A stretch of 64,000 nucleotides of DNA from Fimicolochytrium jonesii (Eukaryota), in NCBI RefSeq assembly GCF_025526975.1, contig NW_026515701.1, positions 1 through 64,000 of the forward strand, in the 5' to 3' direction. The position numbers were made by a program, and so were the translations under genes. Below are positions 23,211 to 35,504 of the stretch, in pieces (within the stretch, counting starts at the first letter, position 1; every line of letters starts with the position of its first letter). A model generated the notes under the pieces. It saw only the letters and a list, made by a program, of their open reading frames with translations, searched no databases and had not been told where the DNA came from.

Positions 23211-24199
23211 AATGCATATGGCGACCGGGCTTCCCCCAGTATTCTCCGGTTCCATCCGCCGGTCACAGCATTATTTCGTTTCAGAGGCGAGACGAGAAAT
23301 GGAAGAGTCTTCGTATACTCCGTTTTGGCCTTGAAACATTGTCAGTGACATCCTCCCGGTAGGGTGATGGCGCGTCCCGTTCATCTGGCAGTATCTCTTA
23401 GCGTCAAATAGTTCATCCCCGAGTGCTTTCCCTCGGCGTGTTTTGCAAACCTTGGAGAACAGTTGGCTTCGGGCGAAAGTCACCTTTTCCGCTTTGTCTA
23501 GATCAATAGGTTTAAATCAATAGGTTTCAACTTCAACCATTGAATGATTCGCTTCCTTGTCCTCACATCGACGTAAAACTCAGCGCTCACATATGGACGT
23601 TTGCGCAGTCGCGTCGCCAGGCAGCTGCTCAACTACCATCCCCCATGTTCGAACCCCACGGGTTCTGTGAATATGGACATGGACAATTGTGGTACTGTAT
23701 GTGCTGTGTATGCATTTAGCCAAACTCCGCCGCTGCGCAAACTTGATGATTGCGACGCGTGAGCACTGTCGCCACTGTCATCCTGTCAAAAGGCTGCCAA
23801 AAACACCCAATCACGGGATCCCTTCGACGTTTCGGCAGTACTGGCGAAGGGGATCGCGGGACTCCCGAAAAGTTTCTCCCCAGCATGGAAATCAAGTCAG
23901 CATGCGTGGTCAAGTGCTCCATGCTGAGGGCCGTAAGAAAACTGCGCACCATGGGGTTATATCAAAAATATTCACGAGTGTGCTTGGTGCATGCAGGCTT
24001 GAGATAGCAAGTTCGTTTCAAGAAGACGGCGTCAGCGGAGGGAAGGACCGCTCAAAAGAAGTGTCCTTATACATGACCCTAACCCTGGCCTACCCTGTGA
24101 CATGGCCCTTTCTATGCAGGAAAGGCGGTGTGGATTGTGTCACAAATCGGGGTAAAGACCGCTGCGCCACATCCTGACAGCAACCGTCAGGAAAGTTCA

Positions 24200-25450
24200 G
24201 AGCATTCCGAGTCCACGAGCGCATAACAGGACAAAAGAAAGAAGCTGAGTACTTGCAGGTCAAGTGATGGCGATTCCAGAAGCGGGTTCAGAAGTCGTTG
24301 AGCGTGAGAGCCGGAATAAGGAATCCTCGAGAACACTGGTGTTTTAGCCTCTATGCGTGAAGCACCACCTAACTGTGCGAAACCTAACTTTGAGTACGAG
24401 TATCGCCGACCCAGCTGTGTTTGAGCCGCCAGTAATTCATGCAAACCTAGAAGACTTGGTGCAGGCTCGCGGAGCGGCGCAGTTCTGCCGGTAAACTCTT
24501 TGAACTGGCTGAAGGATGGTTACGAAGACGAGTCGGGAAGAATGCGAGATGAAGCGTCGGCCCAACTGCTGAGATATGTGCATCGCACACATCTGGCCCA
24601 GGAACTTGAACTTCATAGCCGTCAAAGTTCTTGACATCCTTGCTGCGTCACTTCATGACAGGGGCGTTCCTGATCCAGTTCTGCCTCCAAGATCTCCCAA
24701 CACATTGAAATGAATGAACCCCACTGCTCCCACTGAGGAACAGAGCTCATATATTTTTTGGAAATCACAATACCGTGGTCCCGATGACATGAACGATGTG
24801 CGCCTCTTGAGGAGAGTTCATCTGGCTTAAGTCAATCAAGACGACGGTCGGCCAACCGCGAGCTCGAAAGGCATCACGCGTTCGGAAAGGGGACCCTGCA
24901 TAAACTCGTTGCCCACCTCATTCATAAACAATTAAAAGCGGCGGGAGAACCGGCGGATAGGTGAACAGCGCCAGCTTGCTTGAAGCCCGCGAGAAATCGC
25001 ATAGCTCCATATCTTAGAAGGCGCTGGATGGTGGCTAGATTCGCTGTCCAAAGAAGGTGCGGGCATCCCATGGGAAACTTCCCATGGGCGTCTCGGGGTT
25101 CTAGATATACAGTTTCCTTAGCGAGCTCGGTGACCATCTATCTCCAAACGCCGTGAATCCATGGACATGTCCCGCCGAACTGGGAAGGGCCCATGAATGC
25201 ACTGCTTAAGATCCTGATGAAGGTTTTAGTATTGGATGCAGGTGCTTATAGTGGGGGACCATTTACTCGTGCGCAAATGTGATAGCAGACCACTGTGAAG
25301 ATTCCAGGTGTTGATTCAAGTTTATAATATGTCATTCGGCAGATTCGCATGAGTCTTAGACGTATGGAAGTATGAATTTATTGCTCAACACAAGGTAGAT
25401 GTGTATTCATGAAAAGAGCATGGCCATACAAAAACAGGATGGGGAGGGTG
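24200..25450 (-). pseudogene. Highly decayed non-LTR (LINE) reverse transcriptase remnant
   Basis: Colinear fragments across frames resemble RT motifs: FTAF..R...L.KL (~25150), GFKQ...SP.AFN..MNE (~24990-24915) and KFKFLG (~24610). Many stops; boundaries approximate. Confidence 0.4.
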
Positions 25451-25941
25451 TAGGTGAGTAGCTCTCCAGGGAACGGGGTGAGGCGATCTGGAAGGAGCGG
25501 AGGAGTCCCGGCGCAAAGCGAACGCCGAAAGGCTTATCTTCACCAGCATGCATTGGTTTCTCGGGAAAGGTATTCGCGAGGCGTTGGCATTAGTTGAGGC
25601 CGTCAGAATCCCTAAGAATGTCTACGGATGGAGAACGAAGAAACTTAGTAACCCTGGCTCGATAATCACAGCTCCCGGGTATAACCTACCACCATAGCCT
25701 TCCACCTAAGGAACCTTGAGTCAACTTTAATCTGTTTGCATACATTCGCTGGTCCGATCCTCGCATCCGTGTTTGCGCCAAAGATGGCAGTGGCAGGAAG
25801 ATGTATAGTAACACCAAAAACGGGAAAGAAAAGGAGAAAGAGAGTAGTCAGTATAATGTTTCCCGACGACTATGAGGATGAAAATAATGGAAAACACTAT
25901 ATGAACCTCTGTGAAGGCATCACAAAGCCGCACGTCCTGCG

Positions 25942-26227
25942 GGTTGGATAGCATCTGAGACAGGCTACCTCCAACCAGACAAGTAGCCCGCTGCGACAGG
26001 AGACTCTTGCCCAGGGTAGCCCCGCCGTACATGACAGGAAGGCGTACTCCCAGCACCTTGCGGAGCTTTGCAAGCAGGACGGCCAAGTTCATATAGTATT
26101 GTGAAGTTGGGCAGCAGGTTGGATAGCATCTGCGACAGGCTACCTCCAACCAGACAAGTAGCCCGCTGCGACAGGAGACTCTTGCCCAGGGTAGCCCCGC
26201 CGTCCATAACAGGAGGGCGTACTCCCA
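25942..26227. repeat. 111-bp direct repeat, two copies 175 bp apart
   Basis: 25942-26052 and 26117-26227 are nearly identical (GGTTGGATAGCATCTG...GGCGTACTCCCA). Confidence 0.95.
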
Positions 26228-26719
26228 AAGACCTTCACTTCTTTTTGCAACTGCGTCTGATTCGCGCGCGGTTCTGGGACACTTACCCTTGAGGGTAGTT
26301 TGAAGCGTGGAGGGGCGTACCGTACATCCCGTTCCGGATCGGGAAGGACCTTGTTCGAGAACGGATCGTTTTGCTGGTTGCGAAATGAGTGGGATCGCAT
26401 ACTTTGGAGACCGGTGTGGATGAGGGTGTCGTGGGTTAGATCTACAGTGACACGATAGAAGGTTACGCGCCGTTTTGGATCTCAAGCATAAGCCCGTCCT
26501 CCAAAGTAGACAACGAGTTTCTAGCCAGCCGTCACTTACCATATGAACGAGAGACTGTCGTTTCGTGATTGCGTATGTTTGCGTGCAGATTTAGCGATCA
26601 ATCCACCGCGATTGTACGGATCGTGAAGAAGAATAAGCAAGAGACGGGAACGCGTCGAGCCTTTATGTCCAGCGGTCTGGCTGCTGCGCCACTTCCGGAC
26701 ACGAGGAGTCGAGGACGCT

Positions 26720-27202
26720 GTGGAGGGAGCTTATTTGATAGAGCGTCGGCAACAGCAGCGGACAGTATTGTTGTGGGAGAGCCAAACCTATCTTCGAGTG
26801 GAACAGAATCATTACGACGACGGCCCGGACCTCAGGAGATCTGAAAATGTCGGCATCCATGTCATATTGACGAACCCAACTTCGCGCTCGTTCTTCGATG
26901 TCTACCCGGAGCTAGCCCGGCAATACCACTACGTTCTGGAATTGGGCAACATTCACGTACGGCCGCAGGATGTCGACGGATGGACCAACTTTTGCACGGT
27001 CATGCAACTGTTCCGCCACGTTGACAAGATCCGTGCACCGGATATGCAGCACTTTTTCGACTTTTGTTCCACCACGGTGGAGGAGTGCATGCCATGTTCG
27101 ACGGCCTCCCGGTGCTATCTTCTGCTCCCCCCAAAAGGGAATTACGAAGGCCTTCAGGCCAAAAAAGAAAGGTGCATGATTTCGATACTTGGCGCTTGTT
27201 AG
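26720..27202 (+). CDS. Hypothetical protein
   Basis: 160-aa ORF with globular-looking composition; start uncertain. Confidence 0.3.
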   Translation: MEGAYLIERRQQQRTVLLWESQTYLRVEQNHYDDGPDLRRSENVGIHVILTNPTSRSFFDVYPELARQYHYVLELGNIHVRPQDVDGWTNFCTVMQLFRHVDKIRAPDMQHFFDFCSTTVEECMPCSTASRCYLLLPPKGNYEGLQAKKERCMISILGAC

Positions 27203-28507
27203 GCGATTCAGGGGACATGTTGGGGATGCTCGGGAATTGAGAACGGTGGCTGATAGCGGTCGGGGACTGTAGTGGAAACTTTTAAGGACTCGGGACATTC
27301 CTGGTTTAATTTCAGGACTATAGGCAGAGTGGGACAGGGACATACTGAAAGGGAGGCGGGGGGGGGGGGGGGACCTGTTGCGGGGACCTGATGTGTGGTG
27401 ATTGTAATTGGTGTGGCGGTTTGAGAAAGTTTGAGAAGTTTGAATGTGGTTCTTTTGAAATATTTGTTAGGAGATTTTATTGCTTCTATTGCACCTGCAG
27501 CGGTACCCGACAGGGTTCCTGACTCCCTTCCTGCCACACTTGGCAGGTTACTTCTGCTTGGGCGTGTCAACTTTCATCGGGAACGCAACCCTTATGGTGC
27601 TCATATCGCAGTAGACGCCGGAGTCGAGTTCGATCTTTCGCCTAGCTGATCCAAGACCTGCCAAAGCCCACAAAGTACCATCGAATGAGGCGGTTTTCGC
27701 TGCAGAAAGACATCCCTTCCCGTTGCGACTTCACATCGACGGGAATGTCGGAAAGTGTCGAATGCCAATGTGAATCGTGGAACTTTCGAAAATGCGAAGA
27801 TTCGCGCACGAACGCGTGGCTTTGCTTTCCGCCGGAAATGATGAGCGGCAAAGATCGGCGCCCAGTTCCGGCGCATTTCGTTTTCGGGTTTTCTGGCAGA
27901 GCAACTTGGCATGTCCACAGCCGCTGGACTCCTCCACGGTCGTCTACTATAGCTGTATCTCCCACTCCAGCCTGCTTCGCCCAATGCCAAGTTCCACAGG
28001 AATATGCGGAGGACCCCCAGCCCTGCCAATAATACCCCCTTCCCAGCCCATCTCCAGATGTTTTCTTTTTTATCCTCAGGCATTATTGGCGAGATAGCGA
28101 TACAACCTCTCAGAGCTTGGAGGAGCGGCGTGAATGATACCTCGAATGTGTCCGTCCCAGCGCACACACCGGTGAAGGACCTGCAACGCGCCAAGCACCG
28201 AACTGAGAACGCCCACTGGCATTTCCGCTTCCGCTGCAGCGCTGCCGCCTGCGCAGGGCGTTTTCGCAGGAATGTTCTACATACACATGCATCTGTGACA
28301 CAGCGTTGAGATCTTTTGTGCAATATGTATAAATAGAAGGGTTGTGCGTGCAGGCTTTTCCTCGTCTTACAGTATATTCTAGCCCGTCTCTAGTGCCCCC
28401 TCCGTTTCTTCTCTACGTTCTGTCTTTGATCATCTCAGCCCCATATCTGCGTCGCTCTCCAACCCCCGTCACACATCAATTGACCCCCATCAAAGAAGAT
28501 CACAACC

Positions 28508-29466
28508 ATGTCGAGTCTCAACATATCTGGATACGACATCAGCGTACCGCTCGCGGTGACATTTTCCATCGTCTATGCCGCTCTGTTTGGGTGGGCGATC
28601 AGGAACTTTGCCGTGCTAAAATTGAAGCCTATTGGATGGATGATTGCTTACTTTTTCTGTAAGTTCTGGAAACGCTGCTCCTGGATAATTCTCGAACCTC
28701 ACATCTCACTTACGCATCTCTCCACGTCGCCAAAACAGTACGCGTAGCAGCCTTCATAACCCGCCTAATAGTCAACACCATGCCCTCCCTCAACCCCGAC
28801 GGCACCCTCAACACCACCAAGAAGACCGTTTACATTGTCGACTCAATCCTCTACTCCGCCGGCTACTTCCTCCTCCAAAACACCACACTCGGCCTGCTCG
28901 ACTCCCTCCTCCTCCGTCTGCAACACCACGGCAGCACCTTCGCCCTCCCCGAACGCGCCATGCGGTGGTTCCATATCGCCATCACAGCCGGCGCGGTGCT
29001 GAGTATTTGGGGTGGGTTGAAGTTGGCGAATGATCCATTGACGCATGAGGATATGGATACATCACGGACGTATCGGTTGATTGGGGTTGCCGTTATTGCG
29101 GTGGCGACCATATGCATGGGTGGTGCATCCATCCAAGCATCGACCGCCAATCTGCCCTACGATACCGCGCACCGCTCCGGCGGCCGATTCCTTGCCATCG
29201 TCTGCATCTGCCTGCTCGTTCGCGTCGGCACGTCGTACTGGTTCATCCAGAACCCCCAGAGGATGTTTGATGAGAAGGTGCTGTATGGGCTTGCGATTGC
29301 GATGGAGATGCCGGCGGCGGTGTTGTTGTCGATAACGCCGTGTTTGGCGCTGTTCATGAACAGGGCGGGGCCGCCGATGTCGGAGACGGTGGGGATGCAG
29401 CCGTATGAGCCGTATCATCCGGTAGTTAATCAGGCTGAGGGGGGTAAGGCGCAGAGCTGCGCATAG
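28508..29466 (+). CDS. RTA1-like multi-pass membrane protein (2 exons)
   Basis: Exon 28508-~28658, a GT-AG intron, then ORF to 29466. About seven hydrophobic segments with RTA1-like spacing. Confidence 0.7.
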
Positions 29467-31408
29467 TCTGCGGGATGTGCATGATGCAGTGGTCGCTTCC
29501 CCTTCCAGCCGTAGATGGACTTTCGTGTGTGTGTGTTTAAGTAGCTGATTAGAACACATTAAGAATAATAGGATGAACGATATGCCATGAGTCCTCTGAG
29601 AGCTTTCCATTTGCGTCCTACGTTGAGCACTTTGCATGAGATGAGAGACGCTTGCCTTCGTCACGCTTTTCGCCCAAGCTCAGACAAGTCGAGGTTTCAC
29701 TCCCGACGCAGCATCCCACTCGCCCGTGAAGTCACAACCCGAGGGCAGCCTAAGTCTTTTAAAGATTGGAAGAAGCGGACAGTGAGCTGGGCTGCTACGA
29801 TGACTGTCTGCGGCCACCCGCCATGGTTTACTCTCGGGTTGTTTCACATCAACAGAACTCGAAAACCAGTTAACCCCCAACCTGGTCGGGTTCCATATGC
29901 ATGTCCTGTCGGGGCGCCAATAGTTTTGTGCCCACGCTGTTCCCACCAGGTGTCCATCACTTTGCCATGGACTCAACTTGTAAAACGGAGATCACTTCTT
30001 CCCAGATTCGAACTGGCACATTGCTGTGGTAGATGCATCGAGAACCTCCTCTGTCCGATGTGCGGGTGAGTACTCCTCTCTCCGCGCATGGGATTCAAGA
30101 ACAGATCCTCATCGCTGTTGCGATCGCTACACCTAAGACCGAATGACCGAAGCAAGTCAGTCTCTGCCACAAACACCCAGGTTAGGATATCTATGCCGTT
30201 TGCCACTGAGGCAAACTGCCCATCAACCCCTTGTTGACAGAAGCTTTGTAACGACCGCTCCAAAAGGATGCCAGAGAAATCATGGCTCGCTTATGTGTTC
30301 CGCGCCAGGGATGTGATAGACAGAGCTAGCGCGATGACTGCTACTGACTGCTGCAAAGGGTGGTCTCAGGAAAGCGGCTCGCTCATGATGTCTGTCCCAG
30401 TGATTTGATTAGACCAGAAAGGGCTACTCTCGGAACGTTATTTAGTGAAGGCGGTGAGGAGAGGCAATCCACGACGGGGCAATGAGAAGCAGGATCATAC
30501 CATCTATGGAACACCCATCCAAACGAAGGAAATCGGACAGAGACAAAGGAAACGAAACAGATCAACCGACTGGCACGAGTGGCGAATCAGGTGCATTTCC
30601 CCAAGCGCACGCAATGGGCCACGAGGGACTGTTCTCGTTATCAGAGGGCACCCCGCATCAGTGGACAATGCGCTGCCTGGTCTTTCGCCAAGCCTGGGAG
30701 CATCAACTATCATATGTTTGAACGACGCAATGCTGCCCCAACGGATCGTTGGAGGAAGGGGCGAAGAAGTCGGAACATAACATCGAGCGATGGTCGACTG
30801 AGGAGGAAAGCACCCTCTAATTTGCCCAGTTTAAGGCGGCGATGGGTATGTGCCTCTATGTCTATCCTATACACGGTGTCGGTCTAAGAGTAAAGAACCT
30901 ACCTGCCACCGGCCTCAACTGCCTTTGAACGCAAATGGGCGCAATAGCGACAATCTGAATGCTCCTCGTCGTGCCGTAGCCAGCACACTATGCGAAGGTG
31001 GTCCGCATAGCAGGCTCCGTGCTTACGGTAAGATATTGTCTGTCGCCGTTTCGATTGTCCTCGAGCTCTGTCTTCAGAGTGTCCGAGTCGCCCTCAAAAC
31101 GTTTCTCGCGAGAGGGCGTACGAAAGCCGCTGCAGCGAACTTTTCTGAAGTGGGCAACCAGCCTCCGCAGGTCCAGAAGTGGGATGCGTCACGTGAGGAA
31201 GGGCGCATATTTATTTGGAGCAAAATGTTGACAACCAACCTATTCCTGGAAGACCCCCCCACCCGTCGTCCTTCTCTCAGACTTCCTTCCCTTTCCCTTT
31301 CTCGACGTTCTCACCCAAAACCCGTACGAAAAGCTTCCCAGTCCTCTTTTCCCCAGTACCTACGGCCCAGTGACACACTCCTTTACGACAGCGAGGCCCG
31401 CACATCCA

Positions 31409-32497
31409 ATGGGAGTCAAGATAGGCTTTTACCTCCCCGAGGAGGCTCACAAACCAGGCGGCTTCACCATCTCCGAGTTTTTATGTGGCGCCCACCCCCC
31501 TCTGTGGACACTCAAACTGATCATCACGTCCCTCTACCCGACCCTCAGCACCACGCCCCACGAACTGTCACTAATAGTGCAGGGGCAGGCATGCATTTCA
31601 CTCGCAAGCCACCTCCCTACCAGCATTCCCAGTTCATCACACACCGGGGAAACCAGAGTCCGCTTCATAGTTCACGTCCCGGGCAATCCTTTTCTGGCTC
31701 CAGCCCTTGGCGAGGCGGCGTGTCCAGATCCAACTGCCGACGATTTCAGTTTGACAACTACTTCTTCTAAAACTCCATCTGTCTCTACATCACAAAGTGG
31801 GTCCCCTAGTAGCAAGCGTCCGAAAGTCGATACCGCCCCTTCCCCTGCCGAGCTTTCTGCCAGGATCCAAGAGGCCTCGTTGGGAGGCATTCCTTCTCTC
31901 AGGCGCGAAACCGAGAGATATGCACAGGCCACCATGCGGGACCAGTGCCTGCTCAGAGACCAGTGTTGCGTGTTGACAGGCGACGTTTTTGTTAAGGCAT
32001 CTGATTGCGCTCACGTCCTCCCGGTTCAGTATGCGAAGAAATGGTTTTACGAGAACCGAGACCGCATTGATCTGCACTTATCCGCCGGCGCATCTAATGC
32101 GGCGTATGACGTCAAGAATGGAATAATGCTAGCAAAGACGGTCCACAAAAAACTTGATCTCTGGGCGTGGTCCCCGGTCGCATACGGAAAGGAAGTCTTT
32201 GCATTCGTGTTCGACACATCAGCAGGCGTCCAGCACGGGATGCCCCTTCTCATACCTCGCATGATCGAACGCGGCGACAATCGATCGTATTTCCGCGACC
32301 AGTTTCCGGACGAAGAGGTTTTCAACGAAAGGTTCAGACAGGCCGTATTACGGAAGTGCCGAGGTTCCAGCGAACCTCACGAATTCCGTGATCAGTGGGA
32401 ACAGGAGCCGATCTTTGTATCATGCGAATTTGCCGTGGATAGCGATAGTAGTGAGGATGAAGGGACTCAGGCCCCCCTTCACTTTGACAGCAACTGA
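31409..32497 (+). CDS. Crinkler (CRN)-like protein with C-terminal HNH endonuclease
   Basis: Intronless. The N-terminus LWTLKLII...HELSL...VRFIVHVP resembles the CRN header ending in HVLVxxP. The C-terminus RDQCCVLTG...CAHVLP...DVKNGIMLAKTVHKKLD matches the HNH_2 pattern. Confidence 0.8.
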   Translation: MGVKIGFYLPEEAHKPGGFTISEFLCGAHPPLWTLKLIITSLYPTLSTTPHELSLIVQGQACISLASHLPTSIPSSSHTGETRVRFIVHVPGNPFLAPALGEAACPDPTADDFSLTTTSSKTPSVSTSQSGSPSSKRPKVDTAPSPAELSARIQEASLGGIPSLRRETERYAQATMRDQCLLRDQCCVLTGDVFVKASDCAHVLPVQYAKKWFYENRDRIDLHLSAGASNAAYDVKNGIMLAKTVHKKLDLWAWSPVAYGKEVFAFVFDTSAGVQHGMPLLIPRMIERGDNRSYFRDQFPDEEVFNERFRQAVLRKCRGSSEPHEFRDQWEQEPIFVSCEFAVDSDSSEDEGTQAPLHFDSN

Positions 32498-33399
32498 CAC
32501 TATTCACGCGACACCCCAAGCTGGTTGTTGTGCGCGAGTCCCAAAACCGAGGTGGCTAATATCTCCCCCTTGGACACATCCTTGGCCGCAAGCTTAGTTG
32601 CAGGAATGGAGCTGTCGAAAAATGGCCAACGGCACTCACCACACCACTCGCAGTGCCTGAGTTGAGTAAAATGGGCTGCTTACTTGGTGACAAGATGTGC
32701 AGATTGCACTGGTACAGGACATGCACAGCGAGTGTATGCTAGGGGAGAAAGACTGAAAGAGGAGGGCGTTTTGAATAACGCGAGGCAGTCGGGCGACGTG
32801 TGATGTGGACTACCTTCCACACGGGTTATATAACTGATGTTTGTATACAATACCTACTTTGCTGTAAGGTATTGTAGACGGACTGGGTGTTCGCCGGCGC
32901 TGCTATTCGATATGCAGTAGAAGAGTTACCTCTTGTGAATAGGAACGCGCGATGAGCACTGTTAAAGTACCCAGTACGCCTGGCCATGATGTCGGTGCAG
33001 TCTCTGCGAAAATGGACCAAGACAAGTAGTTAGTTAGTGTGTGTTCCACCCGTGTGCAGGATTAGTCGGTGCACGTAAAATACCCACAGCATTATTTTCG
33101 TTAACCCCACACAGTGCCGAGGGGCATGGGTTGGACAACAGATAGACCTAGGTTTAGATGTTGTCGTGCGGTTATACTCGTCATGTATAGAGGTTAAGTT
33201 TAAACAGGCGTGAGTTAAGCATGTCGGAATCAACCGGAAACAGTGAAATGTCCGACTGTTCGACGTCAGCAAGTCAAACAAAAGGCCCGCTTGGCAGGGC
33301 CGTCAGAGAAAACGTACTCCTCGACGGATTTCATTCTGTTTCCGTCCGACTTCAAGGCGGAACATATTTGCCACAGCCATTACTACATCATAGAACACA

Positions 33400-35044
33400 A
33401 TGCCCCACGGAGAACAGTGCATCTGCGAAGTATGCACCTGCGGGCGGCATAAGCTCTGCAAGGCGGTTCGTACCAGTGACTGCCACTTGGACGCTCATAC
33501 TGGTATGTCCATATTTTCATCTAGCGTCGGCAGCGCACCCCCTGAATCATTATATTCAATTTGGGGATGATCAGAGTATGGAGATAATTACTTGAAGTTC
33601 CAATCTGGCCCACGCACGAGGGGAAAGGCTCACCCGCAGCAGCTGGATTGGAAGGCGGGGCCTTTCTCGAGTGCTACTGAAAGGTGAGGTTTGAAGCTCA
33701 GATTGCTTGTGATTTCTTGAACTTGGGTTGACATTTAATTCTCCAGTCGCGACAAATTCGTTCCCCATGCTGTTGAGGCCCATCACCCGGTATGGTTGAG
33801 CGATGTAGTGCATCATAGAACTTATACGATGCAGATATTGACTCCTGGAGCAGGTACCAAAGCCCGCCTATCAACGCAACGACGCCCGTTTCGAGGATAG
33901 CACGACGAGTAAAAGTGACTACCCCGCCTGGGCCGTCTCTCCGGCTCAGTCCAAGAAGCCTCCGGCCGTCTACGTCGAGAATCCAGGTAAGCCCCACAGT
34001 CCATCCATCCCTTCTTCCCCATCGACACTAATCAATTGAGAAATATCCACCCCAGTCAAATTCAGCGGCGAGACCACCAGCAACCGCGACTACAAGGCCT
34101 TCGACGTGCAGCCCCGCAACTTCCACAAGGCGCCGGAGTATATGAAGCCGACCACGAAATTTGAAGACGAGACGACCAATCATAACGATTATAAGGCGTG
34201 GAAGGTTAATCCTCGTGTGGATGCGCACCCACCTGCTAAGCATGTGGATACCCGGGAGGACAGGTATGTGTGGGATAGATGGATATGAGTTTAGTAGGAC
34301 GTTGTTATTGATTTTCTTGCTCGCATGACAGGGATTTTCGATCGACTAATGCCGCTGCTTATACCGGTGGGCAGTTGCCTCGCGTCTTACCTGTAAGAAA
34401 GCTGCCTTTGCAAATGCATGGTATGGCTCAGAGAATTGTTTGCTGATCCGGGTTTTGCATGCATGCGCAGGCTCCTCGCCCGGGATATTCCGCCAACCCA
34501 GCGAAGTTCGAAGGCACCACGACCAATTACGACAGTTTCCGTCAATGGGCTCTTCCTCCAAAAGACCCGAGGCAAAAGGCTGCATATGTGCCCAACCCAT
34601 CGCACTTTGAGGATTTGACGACTTGTAAGTGTCGAAAGAAATTATGACAAACATTGCATTTTTGATTATTGACCAACCCCCTTTTTTTTGGCCGTAGACA
34701 AAACGAACTACCAGCCCAAGTCCGTCGAAGTGTCCCACCGCCAAATCCCACGCTACGAAGCCCCGGACACCAAATTCGAAGGTCTGAGCACACACCACTC
34801 CGACTACGCCAACCCAGGCCGCCAAACACGAGAGCGCGACTTCAGACCCCGGGTTGGGTACAACGCCATCGGCGACGACCGTGACTGGCTCACCACCATG
34901 CGCTCGCAGTATACGCCCAAGCCGGTGGATCAGTGTCCCGCGGTGAGCTGGATCCCGCAGGAGAGGGAGAGGCACACTGATGGACATGTCTATTTGGCTC
35001 ATCATGATAGCCCTTTGGCGGCTACTGCTGGGGAAGCTCATTGA
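33400..35044 (+). CDS. SAXO/FAM154-like axonemal microtubule-stabilising protein (multi-exon)
   Basis: N-terminal MPHGEQCICEVCTCGRH and repeated F.g.TT...DY..W (Mn/STOP-like) modules. Confidence 0.8.
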
Positions 35045-35504
35045 GAGGGGGTGGTGGCGGTGGATGGGGGAGTGACGGGTAGTTGTACTTTCTGACTTAA
35101 TGAAAATGGGTGCATAATGAACATTCGTTTCATTGCGTTTGGCCTGGCGGCCATGCTGTTGTGGCGAGCCGGAATTCCTTTTGTACGTGCCCTGAAAAAG
35201 TGGCTCAATTCACTTCTCCAATCATTAAGAATTTTTCCACTATGATTGCGGATCGTTCATTTTCGGTTGGCAGGCGGCAGCAGCTTAACGATCTCAAATC
35301 AAATTGCCAACCTGCTGGGAACTATCGGAGTTCGCCGCTTCGGAAATTCGACAGCGCGCTGCATGCTGCTGTCATTCCTTTGGTCCTGACAGATGGCCCG
35401 AGCGTGAGGCTCAGACTATATAATACTCTTCGATGTAAACGAGAAGAGCCAGTCTCTAATCATTGTATCAGACGGCGAGCTGGTTGACAGCCAGTCACTA
35501 CATC

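Noticed and set aside
23501..23528. ATCAATAGGTTT short tandem duplication
   Set aside because: It is a two-copy micro-duplication with no sign of function.
25727..26542. 271-aa minus-strand ORF
   Set aside because: It runs through the 111-bp duplication, whose 175-bp period is not a multiple of 3, and has no recognisable domain.
27358..27372. Poly-G tract in a strand-skewed segment as a mobile element
   Set aside because: No TIR or TSD could be identified.
30850..31770. 306-aa ORF
   Set aside because: It overlaps the CRN-HNH gene in another frame, is Arg/Pro/Ser-rich and has no motif; likely a shadow ORF.
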